Assembly: GCA_963699255.1 (NCBI GenBank)
Contig: OY969425.1
Coordinates: 900,001-932,000 of the forward strand
DNA: 32,000 nucleotides
Reading direction: 5' to 3'
Origin: an uncultured bacterium
GTDB lineage: Bacteria; Margulisbacteria; WOR-1; CAVSGV01
The first letter of the stretch is position 1; each line of letters opens with the position of its first letter. Positions 16,159 to 26,100 of this stretch are shown one piece after another. The notes under the pieces were generated by a model. The model saw only the letters and a program-made list of their open reading frames with translations, ran no database searches and was not told the origin of the DNA. The position numbers and the translations under genes were made by a program.

Positions 16159-17409
16159 ATGGAGAAAATGGAAAAAAGAAGAGTAGTAATTACAGGTCTG
16201 GGGGTTATCGCTCCAAACGGAGTTGGCATTAAGTCGTTTTATGAGGGGAATCTAAATGGCATTTCTTCTGCTTCAGCAATAACCAGTTTCGATGTCTCTA
16301 ATCATGCTGTCAAATTCGCTGCTCAGGTAAAAGATTTTATTCCCGATAAGTTTATTCCAAAACAACAAATTAGCCGAATGGATCGCTTTGCTCAATTCGG
16401 AGTAGCCGCGTCAAAAATGGCAATTGAAGATAGTGGTTTAAATCTTCCGCAAGAAAATTCTGAACGCATTGGAATTGTTATGGGCACTGGACTGGGAGGC
16501 ATTTTATTTCATGAAGAAGAAATAATGAGGATGCTAACAAGACATAAAATGGAGGCCCACCCATTTTCGGTGCCTAAGGTATCTCCAAATTCAATTTCAA
16601 GCTGGATAGCATTGACCTTTAAAATCACTGGGCCGAACATATCAATAACTACCGCTTGCTCTTCTTCCGCAAATGCAATTGGTCATGCTATGGATATGAT
16701 AAGATTAAATCGGGCAGACCTTATTATTGCTGGCGGCGCCGAAGCCCCCCTAACACCTTTTACTTTTGGTGCATTTTCTTCTATTGGTGTAATGTCTACA
16801 AGGAATAATGCTCCTGAACAAGCTAGCCGCCCATTTGATAAAAATCGGGATGGTTTTGTAATGGGAGAAGGTTCCGCTGTTATCATTTTGGAAGAATTAG
16901 ATCATGCGAAAAAACGAGGAGCAAAAATCTATGCGGAAATTGTCGGATACGGGCAAGCGACAGGAACATATCATATGGTTATTCCTCAACCGGACGCAAA
17001 AGATGTTATGCGAACCATGCAACTTGCTTTAGAAGATGCGAATTTATCCCCGGATAAAATCGATTACATAAATGCGCATGGGACATCCACACAGGCCAAT
17101 GATAAAATTGAAACAATGGCTATAAAACTCGTTTATGGTGAAAGAGCTTATAAAATACCTGTAAGCTCAACCAAGTCAATGATCGGCCATCTTATAGGAG
17201 CTTCGGGAGCAGTTGAATTAGTTGCTTCAATTTTATCATTAAATAATAATGTAATTTTCCCAACTATTAATTATGAAACCCCTGACCCTGAATGCGACCT
17301 TGATTATGTGCCGAATAAATCAAGAGCAGGTAAACTTAATGCGATAATGTCTAATTCATTTGGATTTGGCGGCAATAATGCCTCATTAATTATTAGGAAG
17401 TTTGCGTAA
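16159..17409 (+). CDS. Beta-ketoacyl-[ACP] synthase (KAS II/FabF-like); ORF track start at 16075 is probably too far upstream
   Basis: RRVVITGLGVIAPNG; active-site Cys in ITTACSSSANAIG; His in YINAHGTSTQAND and STKSMIGHLIGASGA (C-H-H triad). Confidence 0.93.
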   Translation: MEKMEKRRVVITGLGVIAPNGVGIKSFYEGNLNGISSASAITSFDVSNHAVKFAAQVKDFIPDKFIPKQQISRMDRFAQFGVAASKMAIEDSGLNLPQENSERIGIVMGTGLGGILFHEEEIMRMLTRHKMEAHPFSVPKVSPNSISSWIALTFKITGPNISITTACSSSANAIGHAMDMIRLNRADLIIAGGAEAPLTPFTFGAFSSIGVMSTRNNAPEQASRPFDKNRDGFVMGEGSAVIILEELDHAKKRGAKIYAEIVGYGQATGTYHMVIPQPDAKDVMRTMQLALEDANLSPDKIDYINAHGTSTQANDKIETMAIKLVYGERAYKIPVSSTKSMIGHLIGASGAVELVASILSLNNNVIFPTINYETPDPECDLDYVPNKSRAGKLNAIMSNSFGFGGNNASLIIRKFA

Positions 17410-17427
17410 ATTAATAGGAGGTGCGAT

Positions 17428-17667
17428 ATGAGCAATACTGAAGAAATGGTAAAAGCCGCTCTCGCAGAAAGCCTCGGAATCGATGCCTCAAAAATCAGAA
17501 ATGATTCTACCTTGGTCAATGATCTGGGAATGGATTCCTTTGGGTTTGTTGAACTGGGGTTTGCGCTGGAAAGTAAATTGGGCATCAAGATCGACCAGGA
17601 TCAAATGCAAACCATAAAAAGTGTTTCAGATATAATTTCATTTATTAATAAGAAAGAAAGGGAGTGA
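17428..17667 (+). CDS. Acyl carrier protein
   Basis: 79 aa, acidic, phosphopantetheine site GMDSFGFVEL; AGGAGGT RBS upstream. Confidence 0.93.
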   Translation: MSNTEEMVKAALAESLGIDASKIRNDSTLVNDLGMDSFGFVELGFALESKLGIKIDQDQMQTIKSVSDIISFINKKERE

Positions 17668-17672
17668 CTATA

Positions 17673-18089
17673 ATGGCTAAAGAATTTATTTTTGAAACAA
17701 AGGTGTTTTTAGGCGATACGAATATTTATGGCACTGCTTATTTTGCAAGATATTTCGAATGGCAAGGTATGGCGAGAGAATCTTTGTTTATTACATTGAT
17801 CCCTGATTATGCGAAGTTTAACAGTAAATATAGAATGATCACCATTGAGGCTTCTGTTAATTATAAATCCGAAGCGAATATCTTTGATGATATTTTAATA
17901 AGAATTGAAGTCGCGAATATCAAACTAACCACATATGAGTTACATTTTTCATATTTTAACAAGAAATCTAATAATTTGATTGCCGTCGGAAAACAAAAGA
18001 TTGGATTCACTGACCTTTCCGGGAAAGTTGTAACAATACCCGTGGATTTAATAAAAGCATGGATGGCATATTCACCCAAGAAAGAATAG
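17673..18089 (+). CDS. Hotdog-fold (4HBT/YbgC-like) acyl thioesterase
   Basis: FLGDTNIYGTAYFARYFEWQGMARESLF resembles the 4HBT N-terminal helix motif; starts immediately after the ACP stop. Confidence 0.75.
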   Translation: MAKEFIFETKVFLGDTNIYGTAYFARYFEWQGMARESLFITLIPDYAKFNSKYRMITIEASVNYKSEANIFDDILIRIEVANIKLTTYELHFSYFNKKSNNLIAVGKQKIGFTDLSGKVVTIPVDLIKAWMAYSPKKE

Positions 18090-18101
18090 TATATTTATAA
18101 T

Positions 18102-20231
18102 ATGAATATTTATTCGCTCCCTCCTCTAATAGTTGCAATATGCGCAATATTATTGGGACTATTGATACTGTCAAATAATAGAAAGTCTTCGGCAAACCTC
18201 TCTTTTTCCCTTCTTTGTTTAACCACTTTCGTTTGGCAGTTTTCTTGGTTTGTGTTGTTTAACATTGCCGATCGTGACATCGCATCTATCATTGTCAAAA
18301 TTGGATATTCCGGGATTATATTTATTCCAATTACGTTTTACCAGTTTTCAGAAAGATTTACAAATATAAAATTTGCTCGCTACATTTCATACGTATCTTA
18401 TCTGATAGGCCTTGTTTTTCTATATTTTTTGTGGGCAACAACACATTTTATTGATGGATATTATAAATACTTTTGGGGATACTATCCCAAAGCAGGCTTC
18501 TTGCACCCTCTTTACTTAGTGCTGTTGTTTACTTTGTGTTTCCTCTGTTGGGTTTTATTTATATTACAGCTTAATATTAAGCCGAACAATCCTATAAAAA
18601 ACACACAAGTTAGATATCTTATATGGGCATTAATAATTTATGTTCCCGCCGCAACTGATTTTATAGTGAATTATGGAATTGAATTTTATCCTTTTGGATA
18701 TATTTCTGTCATTTTATCCTTAGGTATCATAGCTTACGCAATAGTACGCCATCGCCTCATGGATATACAATTCATCATTAAAAAAGGTATTGTTTACTCC
18801 GCACTGGTTGCCGTTATTATAGGCCTATATTCCGCGCTTCTTCTAGTAATACAGCAAGTGTTCCAGTCAACGATTGGGGTCAATCAATGGCTTGCTACGG
18901 TCATTACGGCAATTTGCATCGCCGCCGGTTTCAGGCCCCTCGAAATTGTTTTCACGAACTTTACCGACAAAGTATTCTTTAAGGCCAAATACAACTACCA
19001 AAGGACACTTGCGGAGCTATCAAAGGGTATGGCGGAACTGACAAACCTGGACAGGCTGACAACGCTTGTCGCCAAAATAGTAGTCCGGAACATGAAACTC
19101 GAGGGATCCATGCTGTTCGTATATGATTATCGGAGCAATAATTTCAACATCGTATCAGCTCAGGGCAATATGAAGGGATTTAGAGGACTGTTGCTTCCCA
19201 AAGACGACCCGCTTATTAAGCGGCTTGATCAGACCGAAGATGTGATAATCAAGGAAGAATTTGTCCGTGAACTTGAGAACAAACAACTTATTAGCTCAGT
19301 CAGGAACGAGATCAAGGATATCATAAAACAGATGACGGATTTCAAAGCCGTTCTCTGCGTCCCCAGCAAGATAAAAGGCAAATTGATAGGTTTTATCATG
19401 CTCTCTGATAAAAAATCACAAGATGCGTATTCCACCGAAGATCTGATGCTATTCGCGACGCTTGCACCTCAGGCGGCCGTAGCCATTAAGAACGCCATGA
19501 CCTACGACGAGATAAGAAAGGAGCTTGAAAAAGAACATGGAAAAGTAGAGGCAATTGAAAAACAACTGGAAAGAAGCGAGCGATTGGCGTCTCTGGGAAC
19601 GCTTGTGGCAGGAGTCGCTCACGAGATAAGAAATCCCATGCAAGCTTTAAGGCTAAAAGCGGAAGGAATACTTGAAAAAGCGGATGATCCCGGCTATGTG
19701 AAAGAAGCGGGCGACTCTGTCATAAAAAATGCCGACAGAATCCTCACGATAACGAAGGAAATGCTGGAAATGTCAAAAATAAAGGAGCCCGAAAAGAAAC
19801 CCGTTAATTTAATCGAGATCATCGAAAATGTCCTTAAGCTCATGCCGGTTAAGGCTGATATCAAATTGATCAAAGACCTGAATCCCGTCCTTTCCGTGAA
19901 TGGAAACGCAGTCCAGCTTTCACAAGTTGTGATAAACCTCGCGCAGAACGCGATAAAAGCAATGCCGAACGGCGGAACTCTGACGATAAAAACCTTTCAG
20001 GAGGATAATTTTGCGGGTTTTGAAGTGGCCGACACGGGGATTGGTATTCCGAAAGAAAACCTCGAAAAGATATTTGATCCGTTCTTTACCACTTACGCAG
20101 AGAACACGGGACTTGGGCTTTCAATATCCAACAAGATAATAACCGACCATGGTGGAATGATGAAGGTGAAAAGCGAAGCCGGAAAAGGATCCGTGTTTTC
20201 TGTTATTCTTCCTTCCGCGCAGATTCTTTAA
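18102..20231 (+). CDS. 7TM-type sensor histidine kinase with GAF-like domain
   Basis: Multiple N-terminal hydrophobic helices; LDRLTTLVAKIV...LATLAPQAAVAIKNAMTY (GAF-like); H-box LVAGVAHEIRNPMQAL; N-box VINLAQNAIKAMPNG; G-boxes VADTGIGIPKEN and GLGLSISNKI. Confidence 0.92.
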   Translation: MNIYSLPPLIVAICAILLGLLILSNNRKSSANLSFSLLCLTTFVWQFSWFVLFNIADRDIASIIVKIGYSGIIFIPITFYQFSERFTNIKFARYISYVSYLIGLVFLYFLWATTHFIDGYYKYFWGYYPKAGFLHPLYLVLLFTLCFLCWVLFILQLNIKPNNPIKNTQVRYLIWALIIYVPAATDFIVNYGIEFYPFGYISVILSLGIIAYAIVRHRLMDIQFIIKKGIVYSALVAVIIGLYSALLLVIQQVFQSTIGVNQWLATVITAICIAAGFRPLEIVFTNFTDKVFFKAKYNYQRTLAELSKGMAELTNLDRLTTLVAKIVVRNMKLEGSMLFVYDYRSNNFNIVSAQGNMKGFRGLLLPKDDPLIKRLDQTEDVIIKEEFVRELENKQLISSVRNEIKDIIKQMTDFKAVLCVPSKIKGKLIGFIMLSDKKSQDAYSTEDLMLFATLAPQAAVAIKNAMTYDEIRKELEKEHGKVEAIEKQLERSERLASLGTLVAGVAHEIRNPMQALRLKAEGILEKADDPGYVKEAGDSVIKNADRILTITKEMLEMSKIKEPEKKPVNLIEIIENVLKLMPVKADIKLIKDLNPVLSVNGNAVQLSQVVINLAQNAIKAMPNGGTLTIKTFQEDNFAGFEVADTGIGIPKENLEKIFDPFFTTYAENTGLGLSISNKIITDHGGMMKVKSEAGKGSVFSVILPSAQIL

Positions 20232-20724
20232 GCCGCCTTATTTCCTCTTTTGTTTTTTCTATCTCTTCGGCCATGCCTTTGGTGCTGAATGTCATTTTTG
20301 CCGATTGCCTTAATTCATCCTTTTCCCCACGGAAATATGAATCTATCGCTTCAATCAGCCCTTTTCTGTCGATTGGCTTCGTGATGAATGATACGACATC
20401 GTGAGCAAAAAAAGTGTCCGCCCAGTTATCATCATCATCAAAAGCGGTCACCATTATTACATCTATGCGGCCGTCTATTTCTTTTTTAAGCTTATCGAGG
20501 AATTCGATTCCGGACATCTCCGGCATCCTTATGTCGAGAAGAATAAGCTTGATCTTGTTCAAACCAATGCTGAAAAAAGTCTGATTCTTCTTTATAATGT
20601 CAAACGCGTCCTTAGCGGAATTTGCCACGATAACATCATATTTTCCTGTGTCAAGAATCGCCTCCGAAAAAGACTTGGTCACTTCCTGATCATCATCAAC
20701 AAGAAGAATTAACGGCTTTTTCAT
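20203..20724 (-). CDS. Response regulator, receiver domain plus short C-terminal helical tail, no recognisable output domain
   Basis: ILLVDDDQEV, phosphoacceptor LILLDIRMPEMSG, VMVTAFDD, FITKPIDRKGL; start at ATG 20724 rather than the ORF-track start at 20781. Confidence 0.9.
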   Translation of the reverse strand: MKKPLILLVDDDQEVTKSFSEAILDTGKYDVIVANSAKDAFDIIKKNQTFFSIGLNKIKLILLDIRMPEMSGIEFLDKLKKEIDGRIDVIMVTAFDDDDNWADTFFAHDVVSFITKPIDRKGLIEAIDSYFRGEKDELRQSAKMTFSTKGMAEEIEKTKEEIRRLKESARKEE

Positions 20725-20902
20725 GTTTATCCCCTCCCGCAGCAAATAATATACCACAATCCGGTCCCGAAGCAACAGCAATAATCGTTGGGCTTGCCAC
20801 TAATCATTGAAAAGTGAACATCCGATAGATGTTAATAAAATAGTCCTAATATAACTATGTATTAACACATTCTTCTTTTTTATATGATAAATTTATACTC
20901 TT

Positions 20903-21772
20903 TTATAGTGAATTTATCGCTGCTCTTAAATCCTCATCGGTCAAGTGTATATACTTCCTTGTAGTATCCATGCTCTTATGCCCTGCAAGCTGTTGAATAA
21001 CAGCGATATTCACGCCCTTATTAAGCAAAGCAGTACAAAACGAATGTCTAAGGGTATGAGGGCTTAACTTCTTTCCTTTAATCCTGGCCTTCTTCATGTA
21101 ATTTTTTACAAGATAAGCAATCGTCGACTTATCAATGGGCCGATCTCTCCTGCTGATGAAAAGCTCTATATATTTATTATTTCTGACAGCCAGGTAATCT
21201 TTTATTGCCTGAGCAGTTCTTTGGTTCAATGGCAGAATCTGTTCTTTCCCGCCTTTTCTATTTACCTTGATGGTTTTTGCTTCGAGGTCAATATCAGAGG
21301 TTTTTAAGCTTGTTAACTCGTTTAACCTTAATCCCGAAGTCAAAAATAGTCTGATAACGGCAAGGTCTCTTGGTTTATAAAATTCAGTAGCTCCTGTTTC
21401 CACAGCTTTTAACAGGACATTGATCTCATCTTCTGTCAGGAAAGAAGGTTCTTTCTTGTCTAACTTCGGCGATTCAACTCCCTCAGCCGGATTATGCTCG
21501 ATATATCCTTCCTTCACCAAATACTTAAAGAACGAGTTTATACTGGAAAGCTTCCTTGCTCTGGTGGATTTATCGTTTGGCCTGTTAAACCCCTTCTTTG
21601 CCAGAAAGGTCATATATAAAATAACCTCTTTGTGCGATATGTTTTTCAAAGACTTATTGGAAATTCGAGAGACGAATTTCTTTATATCATACTCGTAAGC
21701 CTGCACAGTGCCTTGGCTATATCCCTTCTCAATACTCAGGTAGTCAAGATATTTCCTGATAATATCTTCCAT
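20903..21772 (-). CDS. XerC/XerD-like tyrosine recombinase
   Basis: TSGLRLNELTSLKTSDI, LSPHTLRHSFCTALLNKG, LAGHKSMDTTRKYIHL. Confidence 0.93.
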   Translation of the reverse strand: MEDIIRKYLDYLSIEKGYSQGTVQAYEYDIKKFVSRISNKSLKNISHKEVILYMTFLAKKGFNRPNDKSTRARKLSSINSFFKYLVKEGYIEHNPAEGVESPKLDKKEPSFLTEDEINVLLKAVETGATEFYKPRDLAVIRLFLTSGLRLNELTSLKTSDIDLEAKTIKVNRKGGKEQILPLNQRTAQAIKDYLAVRNNKYIELFISRRDRPIDKSTIAYLVKNYMKKARIKGKKLSPHTLRHSFCTALLNKGVNIAVIQQLAGHKSMDTTRKYIHLTDEDLRAAINSL

Positions 21773-21956
21773 TTGTTTTCACCTTACCTCTAAACCATTT
21801 TTCAAGATCGGCTTTCTTGATACGCCAGTTTTTGCCTATCTTTGCCGCAGGGACGACACCGTCCTTACACCATCTTGATACTGTCATCCAATGCACCCTC
21901 AGATATTTTGCAGCTTCGCCAGATGTCATAAGTGTCTCTTTGTCATCAAATTCCAT
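21744..21956 (-). CDS. Excisionase-family HTH protein
   Basis: MTSGEAAKYLRVHWMTVSRWCKDGVVPAAKIGKNWRIKKADLEKWF; GGGAGGTG RBS 8 nt before ATG at 21956; overlaps the recombinase start. Confidence 0.85.
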   Translation of the reverse strand: MEFDDKETLMTSGEAAKYLRVHWMTVSRWCKDGVVPAAKIGKNWRIKKADLEKWFRGKVKTNGRYYQEIS

Positions 21957-22197
21957 GATCAAAACACCTCCCTTTTTATAGCATTTCTAGTATAAATAAT
22001 AATATAGGCTGCCAAATGGACATATACCTTTTTAATGAATGGATAAAGTTGATAATGGTTGATATGGTGGTTTATTCTGTTAAATTATATTTTAATGGAA
22101 TAAAAGGTGAGCTTGATACGAAGTCTATCGTGAGCGCTCTTTACAGGGAAAAAGCGATAAAATGTTCTACTGGAAAGGCTGGGAGCAATGAATTATT

Positions 22198-23199
22198 TTA
22201 CCATTTTCCAGTTAGACTAACTCTGTGCACATTATCTTTCGTTAAACTGGTTTGAGTTACATATGCGTAATCTATACTGATGTGGTCTGCTTCAAAACCA
22301 GCTCCTCCGGTCATCGCCTGTTCGCTGTACCCAACCCTGAAAGCGATCTGTCCGAATTTAGCTTCGGCTCCGGCACTTCCTTCAGGAACATAACCGGCTT
22401 TATTGATTTGGCTGACATCACCCGATAATATCATCGGGTTCCCAATTATCGGAACTCGAGTACCAAATGCTAATCCAAGTCTATACTTCGACGGGACTAT
22501 TTCTTCCGTGTCCGTTCCCCACTTCTGATAATTGATCAGTTCATCAATTTTGAAACCTATTGAGAGATTATTTGTCGGTTTATAAAGTAGTCCCGGCGTA
22601 ACTGAATACCCATAGGCGCTGGCTCCTTCGATTGATACCAACCCTGGCATGTCTGATGTTAAATATTTGGCGGTTATGCCAAAGCTTAGATTGTCTGTAA
22701 TATTTCTTCCATAAGCGAGCAGGTACGCATTGGAGAAGTAGCTAAATATGCCGAGATTGACAACCTCGTTATATTCGCTCGTAGAAGAGCCGGTTTGGGA
22801 AACCGAACTCATCCCCACCTGTATCCAACTTATACCTAACCCTCCGCCAAAGAGCGGAGTAACATAGCTTACATAATAATGGTCGGCATTAGTGGATAAC
22901 TTTGTCTGCATAGCCGTTATTTCATTATTGTTTATTTGTGCTAGTCCCGCGGGGTTCCAGAATGGGGCATCAGCGTTATCCGCCACGGCAGTAAAAGCAC
23001 CGCCCATTCCCAAAGCTCTGGCTCCAACACCGGCTTCGAGAACGGCAATATCCAGACCAGCCTGCCCTGTTACTGCGTAACACGGGATTTCCAATGTCCA
23101 ATTCCAAATGACAAATAAAATCCCAATGACCAATATCCAAATTGGAAATTGGGATTGGGTCATTAATTTGACATTTGACATTGGAAATTTGTCATTCAT
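22198..23199 (-). CDS. PorV/PorQ-family (UPF0164-like) outer-membrane protein
   Basis: LEAGVGARALGMGGAFTAVADNADAPFWNPAGLAQI is the family N-terminal signature; barrel-like alternation to the C-terminus. Confidence 0.85.
   Translation of the reverse strand: MNDKFPMSNVKLMTQSQFPIWILVIGILFVIWNWTLEIPCYAVTGQAGLDIAVLEAGVGARALGMGGAFTAVADNADAPFWNPAGLAQINNNEITAMQTKLSTNADHYYVSYVTPLFGGGLGISWIQVGMSSVSQTGSSTSEYNEVVNLGIFSYFSNAYLLAYGRNITDNLSFGITAKYLTSDMPGLVSIEGASAYGYSVTPGLLYKPTNNLSIGFKIDELINYQKWGTDTEEIVPSKYRLGLAFGTRVPIIGNPMILSGDVSQINKAGYVPEGSAGAEAKFGQIAFRVGYSEQAMTGGAGFEADHISIDYAYVTQTSLTKDNVHRVSLTGKW
23086..23196. repeat. Low-complexity interspersed repeat (CCAATGTCCAATTCCAAATGACAAATAA...CCAAATTGGAAATTGGGATTGGG...TTGGAAATTTGTCATT)
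   Basis: Internal direct and inverted copies of CCAAT/ATTGG words; similar in style to the 11328-11395 tract (TTTGGTAATTGGTCATTGGAATTT). Confidence 0.6.
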
Positions 23200-26100
23200 T
23201 TTAGCACTGCTATATTCCCTCTTCCCGTCACGGACTTATCCCCATAATTAACGGTTATTTCAAACGGATAAATGCCGTTAAGAACCAAATCTCCCCTGCC
23301 GTTCCTTCCATCCCACTCAACATCGTTATATTTGCTCCAAATACTTGCTCCTTCGGGATTCGTCGTTCCGTCAAGCTCTTTTACTAATGCTCCCGTGATG
23401 TCATATATCCTTATCGTAACTGAATTAGGTTCTCTGCCTAGCCTGTAGCGGATTTTTGTTCTTTCTTTATTAGGATCGAATGGATTAGGCCAGTTGGTGA
23501 CACTTGATAGGCTTGAAGGCAATTCTATCCTGAAAGAGCCAACTTCAGATGTTGAAGCTTCCGAGGTGATTGTTTGCACTCTCCAGTACCAGTACGGATT
23601 GTTTGGAGTGCTTTCATCAAGACCCATAAAGTGTTCGTTCTGGGTATATTCGCATACAGGTTTTGCGGCTGAGACATCGGTTATTGTCGCTGTGAAATAA
23701 TCAAGGCTACCTGAAAGCGAAGTTTCATCGGAAGTTGTCGCGCATTCGATCCTGTAATCCTTAACATTTTGAACCCCGTACCATTTGAATGTCGGGCGGA
23801 GAGATTTAACAGTCGCTTTATCAATCGGGGAGATAAGCTCCGGCGTGCTTGAGCTGGATTGAATAATTATTGGCGTTTGAATGACAGGTTGCTCTATCGG
23901 CATAGACATGGTTGTCATACCAGAACTGGTGAATGGAGCAAAATTGCTCGGAATCTTCTGGAAGAATATTTCTGATGTTCCCGTTCTTGTGTCTTCCCAT
24001 GCGACATAGGCGTTACCGGATGTCTCGCAGACAATAGAGGGTTTGGAAGCTTCACAGTTTGTGAAGTCGTGCATGGTAATTCTGGCAGTCCCATTGCCCG
24101 GACTGCTCCAGTCTATGGAATTGCCAGCGCCATTAACAGTGCCTTTTCTGACATAAAGTTCCTTATGGCCTCCATTTGCATCATCAATATATGCCACATA
24201 GATAGTATTGCCGATCAAAGCAATTGAGGGCATTATGCAATTGCCGGAAGACGAAACAATCAATGACCCGTCCGTTGGCCATGTTTCCCCGGAATTTGTC
24301 GACAGAGTTAGATATATTTTACCTCTTGTATTTCCATTGTTCCTGTAATCCTCCCAGACGACATAAACATTGGTGCCGGCGGTATTCGTTGTAATTGCAG
24401 GATTAATCGCATCTCCATTCCCATTTGAAATCCTAGATTCGATAGGATACCAATCTGACCAATAATTCTGAGGGCCCCAAAGATATGTTGTTCCTCTGAG
24501 AGTCCCGTTTGTTCTTTTGTTATACACGATCTGATTATTGCCAAAGGACGTAAAAGTGGAAAGGACACTATAGTAATAAGGCGGAGGAGGATCATGATCT
24601 TCCGCATAATTGCTCTGCCCCTTATATTCAGATGACCAAACATAATGCGCAATTTTGCCGTTGGAGCTGGAAGCAGATAAAATATCAGGAATACTTTCTA
24701 ATGTTATTCCCGCGTTCCATCCATTATTAATAGGTAATAAAAGACTTTTCTTTCTGTTATATTCTTGCGCTTCATATGTTATCTTAAGGCCGGATCCGGC
24801 GCTTTGATTATGAGGCGCATTCGCATAAACATAAGCGTAATACTTGCCCGCAGGCAATGTTATCGATTTATATTGAGTTTTTGTAACTGTGTCGCCATTA
24901 CTGGTGTTATCCACATACCGCCATGGGCTTGAATCTGAATTATTCATATCCGAGATTTTCATGAGATAGCCACCGTAGCTATTAAGCGCCATCCAATAAC
25001 ACAGATTTAATGTTTGATGACCACTCGTAACCGTGAAAGGAAATTCAAAGTTAAGCCCAGCAGCCCCGTAATCATAATAACTTGCGTAACGTGAAATTAT
25101 TTTATCCCCAAAACTTTCACCTGTTGCATATTTTAAGAATAAATAGCCGGCAGTTTCCTGCAGATTCGGATCGTGCGAATATGAGCCGCTTTCATGGGTT
25201 GTTACTTGTTGGTCATCAGCAATAGATACTGTTTGTGTGATAACAGTATTATTCCCCGCAAGATCGGTCAGGGATAATCTTATCTGATAATTGCCTTCAT
25301 TTACATAATCACTGGGACTGGCATCGTTAAGACCTGTCCAGCTGACATATTTACTGCCGCTTGTCACAGGTTGATTTATTTTAAGTGCGGCTATCTTTGT
25401 CGCGCCGTTCCATACATCTGAATCAAGGGTAATACTTGAACAGGGAACAGTATAACCGCTCGCATTGAAAGAATTATCATCTATCTGATACTCAACCGAA
25501 ATTGTACCGTCAAGATAAGGATTGAAATAACTTCTTGGCTGGCCGTTTGACTTGATCAATATGTTTGATATTTGCGGAGGCAGATTGTCCACATTGAATG
25601 TCCTTCTTGCTTCAGCCGTATTTCCCGCCGCATCCACAGCATACAGCTCTATCGTGCAGGTTTTATTGACGGCAGACGCATCCCAGGGAATTATTGATTC
25701 ATTAGTTTTATTTCCTTCACCCGTACCAAGATTTGTGTATGAACCGTTATATCCAATAGAATAATTCACGTGATTCGCGTCGTAAACGCTTCCAATAATA
25801 TTAATTGTCCCTTTCTGCCATGAACTATCCGGCGGGCTTGTGATCTGCGCCACCGGCGCGACAGTATCAACAACAGCCTGGCTGCAATTTGAGGTTATCC
25901 CTGAAATAATGCTGTTCGTTGCCGGATCGCCTATCATATCAACAGCTTTAACTTCTATTGTATAAGAGCCATCTGATACTACCGTGCCAGATGAATTCTT
26001 TCCGTCCCAAGTGACTTCATATGTTATTCCTGCTTCGCGCGAAACCGAATCCATAAGGGTTCTGATCGTGTTTCCCGACATATCCTTAATTTTCATTGTG

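Noticed and set aside
17304-17588. 94-aa minus-strand ORF across the ketosynthase/ACP junction
   Set aside because: Antisense to two well-supported genes with a good RBS between them.
22016-22255. 79-aa plus-strand ORF downstream of the second recombinase module
   Set aside because: No recognisable domain and its 3' part is antisense to the PorV-like C-terminus; treated as probably non-coding although the AT-rich gap remains unexplained.
24308-24652. 114-aa minus-strand ORF and similar small ORFs inside the giant gene
   Set aside because: Out-of-frame ORFs permitted by repeat-rich composition; no independent start signal or domain.
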